From the IMG/VR virus record IMGVR_UViG_3300014204_000168, positions 55,189 to 75,188 of that record: a stretch of DNA of 20,000 nucleotides; one strand, 5' to 3'. The notes beneath the pieces are model-generated. The model did not search any database. It was not told where the DNA came from and saw only the letters and a list, made by a program, of their open reading frames with translations. The position numbers were made by a program, and so were the translations under genes. Shown here one piece after another: positions 8,210 through 15,462 of this stretch (position 1 is its first letter; each line of letters begins with the position of its first letter). The DNA is from an uncultured virus (IMG/VR IMGVR_UViG_3300014204_000168). Lineage: Duplodnaviria > Heunggongvirae > Uroviricota > Caudoviricetes.

Positions 8210-8261
8210 AGGAAGAGTTCAGCAATTAAATTCTATGGTTAAGAAAAAAAAGTTCTTCCTG
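8210..8261 (+). ncRNA. TWCNGCAA motif copy 4 (short)
   Basis: AGGAAGAG-TTCAGCAA-...TTCT-ATGGTTA-AGAA...TTCTTCCT-G. Confidence 0.6.
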
Positions 8262-8278
8262 TTTTTTAAAATAAAAAT

Positions 8279-8365
8279 ATGACACCAGCTATTATAACGG
8301 GAATATGTATTGCAGCACCATATGTTATTGCATTTACAATATTGATAATAAATTCTAGACAATAA
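8279..8365 (+). CDS. 28-aa hydrophobic (single-TM) microprotein
   Basis: MTPAIITGICIAAPYVIAFTILIINSRQ*, A-rich leader. Confidence 0.5.
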   Translation: MTPAIITGICIAAPYVIAFTILIINSRQ

Positions 8366-8399
8366 TAACTGTATTAATAATTAATTAAAATTTCACCAA

Positions 8400-9078
8400 A
8401 TGAAAAAACTATTTTTAGAACTTAGAGATGCTGAAGGCGGTGCCGATGCAAAACTGCTTGTAGGTGAAATGAAAAATATCTACACAAAAGCAGCCAGTAT
8501 TAATAACTTTGATTGTTCAACAGTTGAAGAAAGAAGTGGATTTGTCATGCTTTGCCTTTAGCGGTAAAGATGTAGAAAAGTATTTCCAAGAAGAAATCGG
8601 GTCACATAGATGGCAAAGAATACCACCAACTGAAAAGAGGGGTAGGATTCAAACTAGTTGTATAACCGTTGCTTTAATTCCAGAAGAAGAATATAATTTT
8701 AAATTAAACCGTGATGAGGTTAATCGCAAATACACTCGTAGTAGTGGTAAAGGTGGTCAACATAGAAATAAGGTTGAAACTTGTGTTGTATTAACTCATA
8801 TACCTACAGGTATCATGGTTAGAATTGGTAATAATCGAGAAAGACATAGAAATGAAGAATTAGCTTGGGAAGAAATAGAAAAAAGAATTAGAGATATTTA
8901 TTTTAATAAGATAAATGACGAAGAAATAGAATTTAGAAAACAACAAATTGGTAATGGTGCTCGTTCTGACAAAAGAAGAACATATAGAGTTAAAGATGAT
9001 TTAGTTATCGACCATATTACTAATAAAAGAGCTAAATTAAAAGATATACTAAGAGGTAATATTCAATTATTACACTAA
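8400..9078 (+). CDS. Minimal class I peptide chain release factor, RF1-like (PxT), requiring a +1 frameshift at CTT TAG C (8556-8562)
   Basis: ORF1 8400-8561 MKKLFLELRDAEGGADAKLL... matches the LEIRxGxGGxEA start of RF domain 2. The +1 frame continues SGKDVEKYFQEEIGSHRWQRIPPTEKRGRIQTS...SSGKGGQHRNK...RSDKRRTY. Joined product is about 225 aa with no domain 1. Confidence 0.85.
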
Positions 9079-9085
9079 AATATCA

Positions 9086-9168
9086 CCGGCTATGGCAGAG
9101 TGGACAATCGCACTGGGCTCATATCCCACGTTCTTAGGAACCCGTAGGTTCGAATCCTACTAGCCGGA
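9086..9168 (+). tRNA. tRNA with CAT anticodon on a class II (Leu-like) body
   Basis: CCGGCTA/TAGCCGG-A, TGGG-CTCATAT-CCCA, variable arm GTTC-TTAG-GAAC, GTAGG-TTCGAAT-CCTAC. Confidence 0.85.
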
Positions 9169-9226
9169 GGTAACCAAAGTTAATTCACTTGCACGTAGTG
9201 GTTACTGCACACAAATTTATTGGTGA

Positions 9227-9913
9227 CTAAGAAATTAACAAACGCCCATCTAGTATCTTGATTATTATATCAAGATACTTCTTAGATGTACTTTCCTTTA
9301 CATAAGTTTGATTAGATGTATCTATTATACATAAATCAATCTTATTATCTATACAAGCTTTTGATTTACTTATATCATTGTTTTGTATCTGCCCTAACTT
9401 ATCAATACCAAATATTGGTTCATAATGAAAGATACCATTAAGTTCAAATGCTAGGTTTAAGGATGGTATATAGATATCTAATTCAGAACCTATTATAAAT
9501 TTATCATTATAAATAATAGTTAAATTAGGGTATAATAAAGCAAGTTGTTGCTCTAAGTATATTTCAAGTTTAGAGCGTCTATTACCAGTAGTTTTATGTT
9601 TATTATTATAAGAAGCTGAACAAGATTTAGAATAGAAATGATTACCTGTATTAGATTTATTAACTACGGAAATTATTTTACTAAATTCTTTATTACAATT
9701 AGTACAGTTTAATATAATATTATTAGTTTTAACTCTAAAATCATTATGACATTTATGTGAACAAAATCTATTTTCACCAATATTATGTTTATATACAAAA
9801 GTTATTTTCTTTTTATATTTATAAAAAGTATTACCGCAAGTATAACACTCTAATGGTAATAAATCCATAGATTTACTATTATTAAATTCTTCTTCAGTAT
9901 ATAATGGTTTCAT
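9227..9913 (-). CDS. Putative homing endonuclease: Cys-rich zinc-binding repeats plus PD-(D/E)XK (Vsr/DUF559-like) nuclease domain
   Basis: CYTC, CSHKC, CTNC repeats followed by SKLEIYLEQQL...ELDIYIPSLNLAFELNGIFHY. Confidence 0.75.
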   Translation of the reverse strand: MKPLYTEEEFNNSKSMDLLPLECYTCGNTFYKYKKKITFVYKHNIGENRFCSHKCHNDFRVKTNNIILNCTNCNKEFSKIISVVNKSNTGNHFYSKSCSASYNNKHKTTGNRRSKLEIYLEQQLALLYPNLTIIYNDKFIIGSELDIYIPSLNLAFELNGIFHYEPIFGIDKLGQIQNNDISKSKACIDNKIDLCIIDTSNQTYVKESTSKKYLDIIIKILDGRLLIS

Positions 9914-9957
9914 GATATTATTTATATGTAAATATCTTAAAATATTAAAAACCCATT

Positions 9958-9977
9958 TTCGAATCCAGTTGGCCGGA
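9958..9977 (+). pseudogene. Orphan tRNA 3' end (T-loop, 3' T-stem, acceptor 3' strand)
   Basis: TTCGAAT-CCAGT-TGGCCGG-A. TGGCCGG can pair with the 5' CCGGCTA of the tRNA at 9086. Confidence 0.65.
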
Positions 9978-9979
9978 CA

Positions 9980-10414
9980 CTATATTTCTTTTGGGCCGAA
10001 ATTTCTATTAGGTTGTCTCCAAAATTTTTCAGCTTTATCAGTATGTGGATAATCGGGGTATATAGTTTGTTTATTAAGTTGTTCAATAAATTTATACATA
10101 GCACTGGCAATACCATTTCTACGCATATCTGGTCTAACATCAACACTAGCTTTAAGTAATCCATGTACTACGGTATATGATGAATTACCAACTTCAGTAC
10201 CATCATATTTATCAAATACTTTAACAGAACCTAATAAATCATATAATTTTATTGTCTTTTCATCATACGGTACGTTTATCATGATAAAATTACCAAATTC
10301 AACTTTTTCTAAATTATTTGGGTATGAATCTAATTTAGGTGTTTTAGTCTTAGTATATTCAATACCAATATCTTCATAACCTTCACGTAATAACTGTTTT
10401 ATAATCTTTCTCAT
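9980..10414 (-). CDS. GNAT-like acetyltransferase with LLRE-type leader
   Basis: VDVRPDMRRNGIASAMY (acetyl-CoA motif A), AEKFW. N-terminus MRKIIKQLLREG. Confidence 0.7.
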   Translation of the reverse strand: MRKIIKQLLREGYEDIGIEYTKTKTPKLDSYPNNLEKVEFGNFIMINVPYDEKTIKLYDLLGSVKVFDKYDGTEVGNSSYTVVHGLLKASVDVRPDMRRNGIASAMYKFIEQLNKQTIYPDYPHTDKAEKFWRQPNRNFGPKEI

Positions 10415-10415
10415 A

Positions 10416-10871
10416 TTAATTACCCATTATAACACCATGAGAACCATTATCTTCAATTACTTTAAGTCCATAATGTTTAGATAGTGATTTAGCTAGATTA
10501 TCATTAACAACATTAACTCTCATTTTAAAATCTTCACCACGATACGATAACATTTGTTTATATTTAGTAAATAAATCGTCTAATAACAATTTACTATACC
10601 CTTTGTTTCGGTATTCTGGTTTAATTTGAATATGGAAACTAAATGTACCTGAAACATCGGCCCAAGTAGCACCAATTAATATAGAACCATCAACTAACGC
10701 ACCAAATAAATCTGCTTGCCCAAAGCTTATTTCACCAGATTTTAATAATTCTTTAGATTGTTTTATCAAACTATTATATGTATCATCATCATCTATGTCA
10801 TCAACTATTAAAGTTTCAATGTCTTCTCGCATTAAACCTTCTCGTAATAATATTTTAATTGAGTTTTTCAT
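10416..10871 (-). CDS. GNAT-like acetyltransferase with LLRE-type leader
   Basis: IQIKPEYRNKGYSKLLL motif A. N-terminus MKNSIKILLREG. Confidence 0.7.
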   Translation of the reverse strand: MKNSIKILLREGLMREDIETLIVDDIDDDDTYNSLIKQSKELLKSGEISFGQADLFGALVDGSILIGATWADVSGTFSFHIQIKPEYRNKGYSKLLLDDLFTKYKQMLSYRGEDFKMRVNVVNDNLAKSLSKHYGLKVIEDNGSHGVIMGN

Positions 10872-11914
10872 TAGTTAGTATAATAAGATAATAATCTATC
10901 AATTTCTTGTGGTGTAGTATTAAATTTACTAGCCACAAATTTTATTATTTTACTATTTTTAATAGCTTGTGAATTATTACCACCTGATTTAGATTGGATA
11001 CCATGTAATAATAAAGCAAAATCATTTTCACCAAATGCTGCTAAGAAATCGTTAACATCAATATTTAATTTACGTTTTATAGCCTCACCAGTATCTTTAA
11101 CTATCACAGCTTTCCTAAAACCTTCTTTACTAATCATTTCATCTGCTTTACCACCTTCAGATGCGATTAACCTTAAATTTCTAGGAATTTCATTTTTTCT
11201 ATCACCCCAAAAAGGTAATGATTTTGTGTAAGCATAAAATAATATATCTGGCATTGCTTTAGCTGCAGAAATCCAAGCATCAAAATATTCTTGAGAATAA
11301 AAGTCACCAGAATCATGAATTCGAAATAATCTTAGTTTACCTTCATTTGATTCATAATATCTAATTGATTTAACTAATAAATCTGTCATACCATTAATAC
11401 CTTTGTCGGTATAGGTGTCTTTTAATAAATCAAAATTCCTCCAACGACTATTTCTTACATTTGGTAATCTACTTTCACCACTAGCTGCAAAACACCTAGT
11501 ATCACCAAAATCTTTAATATTAGTTCCATGTTTAAATTTTTCACCACTTCTATTAACTAATGATTTACATTTATCAGCAAAAGGGCATGTATAACCAGCC
11601 GGTAATGCTAATGATGCAGCATTTATTTGACCTAATTTATCATTAGGTTTTGATATACTTAAAACACAATCATTTTCATCATCTATTTTACCAGTACCTT
11701 GTAAATGACTAAATGGGTCAAAATCATCTTCCTTTAATAGATTGTAGAATTCTTCAATATATAATGTATCCTCGATTAAATCTAACGTTAATTTATTATA
11801 TTCTCTAAATAATTTTACTAGGGTATTAGGACCTTCACCAACTGATTTGGTAAGTTTGGTTTCATAAAGGTTAATTATACCTTCATTTAATAGGTTTTTA
11901 ATGTCTTTTTTCAT
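10871..11914 (-). CDS. Phage GP88-like (radical-SAM-like Cys motif) protein with leader
   Basis: LPAGYTCPFADKC...CFAASGE, FRIHDSGDFYS, FYAYTKS, NLRLIAS. N-terminus MKKDIKNLLNEG. Confidence 0.7.
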   Translation of the reverse strand: MKKDIKNLLNEGIINLYETKLTKSVGEGPNTLVKLFREYNKLTLDLIEDTLYIEEFYNLLKEDDFDPFSHLQGTGKIDDENDCVLSISKPNDKLGQINAASLALPAGYTCPFADKCKSLVNRSGEKFKHGTNIKDFGDTRCFAASGESRLPNVRNSRWRNFDLLKDTYTDKGINGMTDLLVKSIRYYESNEGKLRLFRIHDSGDFYSQEYFDAWISAAKAMPDILFYAYTKSLPFWGDRKNEIPRNLRLIASEGGKADEMISKEGFRKAVIVKDTGEAIKRKLNIDVNDFLAAFGENDFALLLHGIQSKSGGNNSQAIKNSKIIKFVASKFNTTPQEIDRLLSYYTN

Positions 11915-11931
11915 ATTATATAAATATTAAC

Positions 11932-11962
11932 TTGAAATCTAAAGTTTCTTGATATATCTTTG
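11932..11962 (+). promoter_or_regulatory. Bacteroidota-type promoter
   Basis: TTG 11932-11934, N20, TATCTTTG 11955-11962. A divergent TATTTATA motif lies on the minus strand at 11919-11926. Confidence 0.75.
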
Positions 11963-11978
11963 TAAAAATATAAATATT

Positions 11979-12035
11979 ATGAAAAAAAGAATTTTATTAT
12001 TAGGGCACGGTAGACATGGGGTTGTAATTTTTTAA
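11979..12035 (+). pseudogene. Stranded original N-terminus of the P-loop kinase gene
   Basis: MKKRILLLGHGRHG|VVIF* is a Walker A up to the second Gly and aligns with MKKSPKLLIISHKRWG|KDT at 12841. Confidence 0.75.
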
Positions 12036-12065
12036 ATACTTGTGATATTTATAATAAAGAATAAT

Positions 12066-12839
12066 ATGAAAACAACAAATATTTACACATTAACTGACCC
12101 AATAACAAATGAGATTAGATATGTTGGTAAGGCAAATAGAATTGATGAACGATATAAGGCTCATCTAAATAGAGCTAGGAAACATCAAATACATAAAAAA
12201 AATTGGATTGAATCGTTAAGAAAAAAAGGTTTAAAACCTATAATAAGTATAGTTGATATAGTATTGATAAATGATTGGCAATTTTGGGAAACATATTGGA
12301 TTAGTCAAATGAAAACATGGGGTTTTAACCTTATTAATTATACAAATGGTGGTGATGGTGCTACATTTGGAAATCAAACCAGTTTTAAAAAAGGTCATAA
12401 ATGTAAACGAGTTATTGGTTACGATAAAGAATATAATTTAGTACATGACTTTGAATGTGCTGATGATGCAACAAAATTTTTTAAATTACATAGAAGTACA
12501 ATACCAAATTGTGCTTTAGGTAAACGTAAAACAAGTTTTGGGTTTGCTTGGTTTTATTATGATGATATTTCTAAATTAGATAAAATTGAAATAAATAATA
12601 AGATATCTGAACGTTTTAAAATAACATATAAACCTAATAGTGGGTCATTCACTAAAAATTGTGTTGGTATTAGAAGTAAACAAGTTTTAATGTATGATGA
12701 TAATTGGAATTTTATAACGGAATTTAAATCAGCTAAGGAAGCTGCTAACTATATAGGTGTTACAGGTGGTGCTATTCAGTATGCTTGTACAAAATCTATA
12801 AATAATAAATGTAGAAATAATAAATTTAAATATAAATAA
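12066..12839 (+). CDS. GIY-YIG homing endonuclease with two NUMOD1-like repeats
   Basis: NIYTLTDP...IRYVGKAN..ERYKAH, NLINYTNGGDG, two V..YD...F.S/C..A....I..C repeats. TATTTATA motif at 12046-12053. Confidence 0.85.
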   Translation: MKTTNIYTLTDPITNEIRYVGKANRIDERYKAHLNRARKHQIHKKNWIESLRKKGLKPIISIVDIVLINDWQFWETYWISQMKTWGFNLINYTNGGDGATFGNQTSFKKGHKCKRVIGYDKEYNLVHDFECADDATKFFKLHRSTIPNCALGKRKTSFGFAWFYYDDISKLDKIEINNKISERFKITYKPNSGSFTKNCVGIRSKQVLMYDDNWNFITEFKSAKEAANYIGVTGGAIQYACTKSINNKCRNNKFKYK

Positions 12840-12840
12840 A

Positions 12841-13347
12841 ATGAAAAAATCACCTAAATTATTAATTATTTCCCATAAGAGATGGGGAAAAGACACGTTT
12901 GCTGAGTTACTAGAAAAACATTACAGTTTAAAATTTAAATCATCATCATTAGAAGCATCAAATATTTTTATTTATGATGAACTTAAAGGTAAATATGGCT
13001 ATAAAACACCTGAAGAATGTTTTGAAGATAGAATGAATCATAGAGCTGAATGGTATAATATGATTTGTGAATATAATAAATACGATAGAGCTAGATTAGC
13101 TAAAAGTATTCTTGAAAATTCTGATTGTTATGTTGGTATGCGAGACCGTGATGAAATTAATGAATGTATTAAACAAAATTTATTTGATTTGATAATATGG
13201 GTTGATTCTTCAAAAAGATTACCACCAGAAAGTCCGGATTCGTTTAATATAGATATATCATGTGCTGATATTATAATAGATAATAATGGTACATTATCTG
13301 ACTTAGAAGAAAAAGTTAAGCGAATTGGTAAAATTATATTAAAATAA
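12841..13347 (+). CDS. Deoxynucleoside-monophosphate-kinase-like P-loop NTPase
   Basis: SHKRWGKDT (variant Walker A), YVGMR..E, IIWVD, ADIIIDNNGTL. Confidence 0.75.
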   Translation: MKKSPKLLIISHKRWGKDTFAELLEKHYSLKFKSSSLEASNIFIYDELKGKYGYKTPEECFEDRMNHRAEWYNMICEYNKYDRARLAKSILENSDCYVGMRDRDEINECIKQNLFDLIIWVDSSKRLPPESPDSFNIDISCADIIIDNNGTLSDLEEKVKRIGKIILK

Positions 13348-13351
13348 ATAT

Positions 13352-13380
13352 AAAGCCCTAAATTTTAGGGCTTTTTTTTT
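13352..13380 (+). terminator. Intrinsic terminator
   Basis: AAAGCCCTAAA-T-TTTAGGGCTTTTTTTTT inverted repeat with U-tract. Confidence 0.85.
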
Positions 13381-13417
13381 GATTTTTAAATATATTTATA
13401 GTAAATAGTTATTTATA

Positions 13418-14041
13418 ATGATTAATGGTTTACTAAGAAAATATTTAAAAGAATATATTGAAAATCAAGGTTTTTTGGTTTATCATGGTTCACCAACAAA
13501 AATTGCTAAATTTAGTGATGAATTTGTTAGTGGTGAAAAATCTAATGATGCTGAAGGTCCGGGCATCTACACAACAAATATATATAATGATGCCAGACAA
13601 TATGGTAATAATATATATACCTTAAAATTATCCCCAAGAAAATTACTAACTGAAGCTCCAATCAATAAATTAACATATAATATATCATCTGTATTAAAAA
13701 AACTTATTAAGATGATAGATGGGTGGGAATTAACTGCACAAAATTGGCATATGAACCCTAACATTGGTTTAGATATGGCGATTAAATCATTTATTGAATA
13801 TAATGATAATGAAAAAGATGTCTTTCTACAAGTTTGGGTTGATTTTTACGGGTATTCAAACGGTATATCATATATTAGAGATATGGTAACGTTAGGTATT
13901 GATGGTGTTTTGGTGGATAAGAAGGATTTTGAAAGATTTGAAGGTTTTAAAAATTGTAAACATATTATAATATATAACCCATCAATTATTGAGGTAAGAG
14001 ATGTCGAATTTAATACTGAAGAAAATGATAAAAAATTTTAA
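13418..14041 (+). CDS. ADP-ribosyltransferase-like protein with leader
   Basis: VYHGS...GPGIYTT..ARQYG...GIDGV..IIIYNP pattern of phage H-Y-type ART domains. TATTTATA at 13393-13400. Confidence 0.6.
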   Translation: MINGLLRKYLKEYIENQGFLVYHGSPTKIAKFSDEFVSGEKSNDAEGPGIYTTNIYNDARQYGNNIYTLKLSPRKLLTEAPINKLTYNISSVLKKLIKMIDGWELTAQNWHMNPNIGLDMAIKSFIEYNDNEKDVFLQVWVDFYGYSNGISYIRDMVTLGIDGVLVDKKDFERFEGFKNCKHIIIYNPSIIEVRDVEFNTEENDKKF

Positions 14042-14408
14042 TAAAAAAAATATATTACTAATTGATGATGATGATAATGTTCATACATTATTAAAACTTT
14101 ATTTAGAAGGGTCTAAAAGTAATTTAATTTCAGCTAAAAGTGGTTGTGATGGTATTACAAAATTCATAACTAATAAGATAGATTTAATTATTTTAGATGT
14201 TAATATGCCAAATATGAATGGTTTTGAAACGTTAGTTAAATTAAAAGAAATAAATTCCAACATTGATGTTATTATGTGTACTGGTAATACCGAATTCAAA
14301 GATAAAGTATATTCGGCTGGTGCCATAGCGTATATATTAAAACCAATAGAAAAGAATAAACTATTACATGTAATTGATATGGTATTTAAATTACAAAGTG
14401 TTGAATAA
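14025..14408 (+). CDS. Stand-alone response regulator receiver (CheY-like) protein
   Basis: ILLIDDD, LIILDVNMPNMNG (phospho-Asp), MCTG, YILKP. Confidence 0.9.
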   Translation: MIKNFNKKNILLIDDDDNVHTLLKLYLEGSKSNLISAKSGCDGITKFITNKIDLIILDVNMPNMNGFETLVKLKEINSNIDVIMCTGNTEFKDKVYSAGAIAYILKPIEKNKLLHVIDMVFKLQSVE

Positions 14409-15090
14409 AAATGATAAAGGGTTATTAAGGAATGGGTTATTAAATGAAGGTTATCATTTGAAAATTGATGAAGAATTGATTGATGAAATGGCGTACCCAT
14501 CAGAATTTAACCCTGAAGAATTTAAGAATTTAACATCATATTCTAGTAAAATTAAATATGCTAAAGATAAATTGCTAGGTAAACTTGGGTCTGGTTCATC
14601 AAGAGCTGTATTTAAAATAGATGATGAAAAAGTACTTAAAGTAGCGTTAAATAATAAAGGTATAGCACAAAATGAAGCTGAAGCTCAGGGTTATAAACAA
14701 AATTATGATGTTATCGCTAAAGTATTTGATGTTGATGATGATTACATGTGGGTTGAAATGGAATTAGCTAAAAAAATATCACCTAAAAGATTTGAACAAT
14801 TATCTGGTATGTGGTTTAAAGAATTAACCGATTTTTTACGTATGAGTAGAAGTTTAAAACCAATATTTTATTTATTAACACAAGAAAGGTTTGATTATTA
14901 TATTAACAATGAAGATGGGTGGCCTAGGAGTTTATCTGATTTTGTTAATGATTTTAATTACCCAGTACCGGGTGATTTTGCCAAAATATCTACTTATGGT
15001 GAAGTATTAAGAAATGGCGAACCAACAGTCGTTGTAATTGATTTTGGTGCCACAGATGATGTTTTAACAACATATTATAGACGTAAATAA
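14401..15090 (+). CDS. Protein-kinase-like fold protein (start codon uncertain)
   Basis: LGSGSSRAVF Gly-loop, VLKVA Lys, NEAE Glu, VVIDFG. The catalytic loop is divergent. Confidence 0.65.
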   Translation: MNKNDKGLLRNGLLNEGYHLKIDEELIDEMAYPSEFNPEEFKNLTSYSSKIKYAKDKLLGKLGSGSSRAVFKIDDEKVLKVALNNKGIAQNEAEAQGYKQNYDVIAKVFDVDDDYMWVEMELAKKISPKRFEQLSGMWFKELTDFLRMSRSLKPIFYLLTQERFDYYINNEDGWPRSLSDFVNDFNYPVPGDFAKISTYGEVLRNGEPTVVVIDFGATDDVLTTYYRRK

Positions 15091-15111
15091 CAAATTTAAA
15101 AAATAAAAAAA

Positions 15112-15462
15112 ATGTTAAATTTTATAAAATTTAATTATCTTAATAAAATATTAAATATAATTAAAATATCATGTGAAAAAAATAATAGTGTTAGTTCAAC
15201 TAGAATAATAGCTTATATAATAACAGTATTAGTTATAATAATAACAATATTATCTTTAGGTGCTGGTATATATATTGCAATATCAACTAAAGTAATTCCT
15301 AATGAAATCGTTATTATTTTAGGTATGTTATTAACACATCAATTAACTTTATTGGGTATTAATAAATACCATGAAACAAAACAAAAGGTTGCTGGTGTTG
15401 AACCAAAAAATAATGATGTAACGCAAGAAACCACTCAAATAGTAGATGAAACAGTTAATTAA
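15112..15462 (+). CDS. Two-TM membrane protein (holin-like)
   Basis: SSTR followed by two hydrophobic helices and a charged C-tail. Confidence 0.6.
   Translation: MLNFIKFNYLNKILNIIKISCEKNNSVSSTRIIAYIITVLVIIITILSLGAGIYIAISTKVIPNEIVIILGMLLTHQLTLLGINKYHETKQKVAGVEPKNNDVTQETTQIVDETVN

Noticed and set aside
7729..8261. CRISPR array or preQ1 riboswitch for the AGGAAGAGTTCAGCAA repeat
   Set aside because: Only two exact copies about 480 nt apart with tRNAs between, and no cas genes. The stem encloses the A-rich tract instead of preceding it, and no regulated biosynthetic gene follows.
8088..8282. 64-aa ORF from the track
   Set aside because: It overlaps a tRNA, a tRNA-like RNA and a motif copy, so it is spurious.
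8507..8512. CTTTGA, the classic prfB shift sequence, inside the release factor gene
   Set aside because: It is out of frame with the ATG at 8400 (read as AAC TTT GAT). The in-frame site is CTT TAG at 8556.
8400..9078. Calling the release factor PrfH or RF2
   Set aside because: It lacks domain 1 like PrfH, but the specificity loop is HRWQRIPPT (PxT, RF1-type), not SPF or the PrfH SPY-type loop, and no rtcB neighbour is present.
9937..10164. 75-aa minus-strand ORF
   Set aside because: Alternative frame inside the GNAT gene 9980..10414, with no recognisable motif.
12018..12885. Group I intron in the kinase gene
   Set aside because: The junction bases fit, but only about 45 nt of non-ORF sequence lie on either side, I see no P7 core, and the downstream part has its own ATG and substitute N-terminus.
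13567..14500. Minus-strand ORFs 13567-13764 and 14099-14500
   Set aside because: Antisense to well-supported plus-strand genes.
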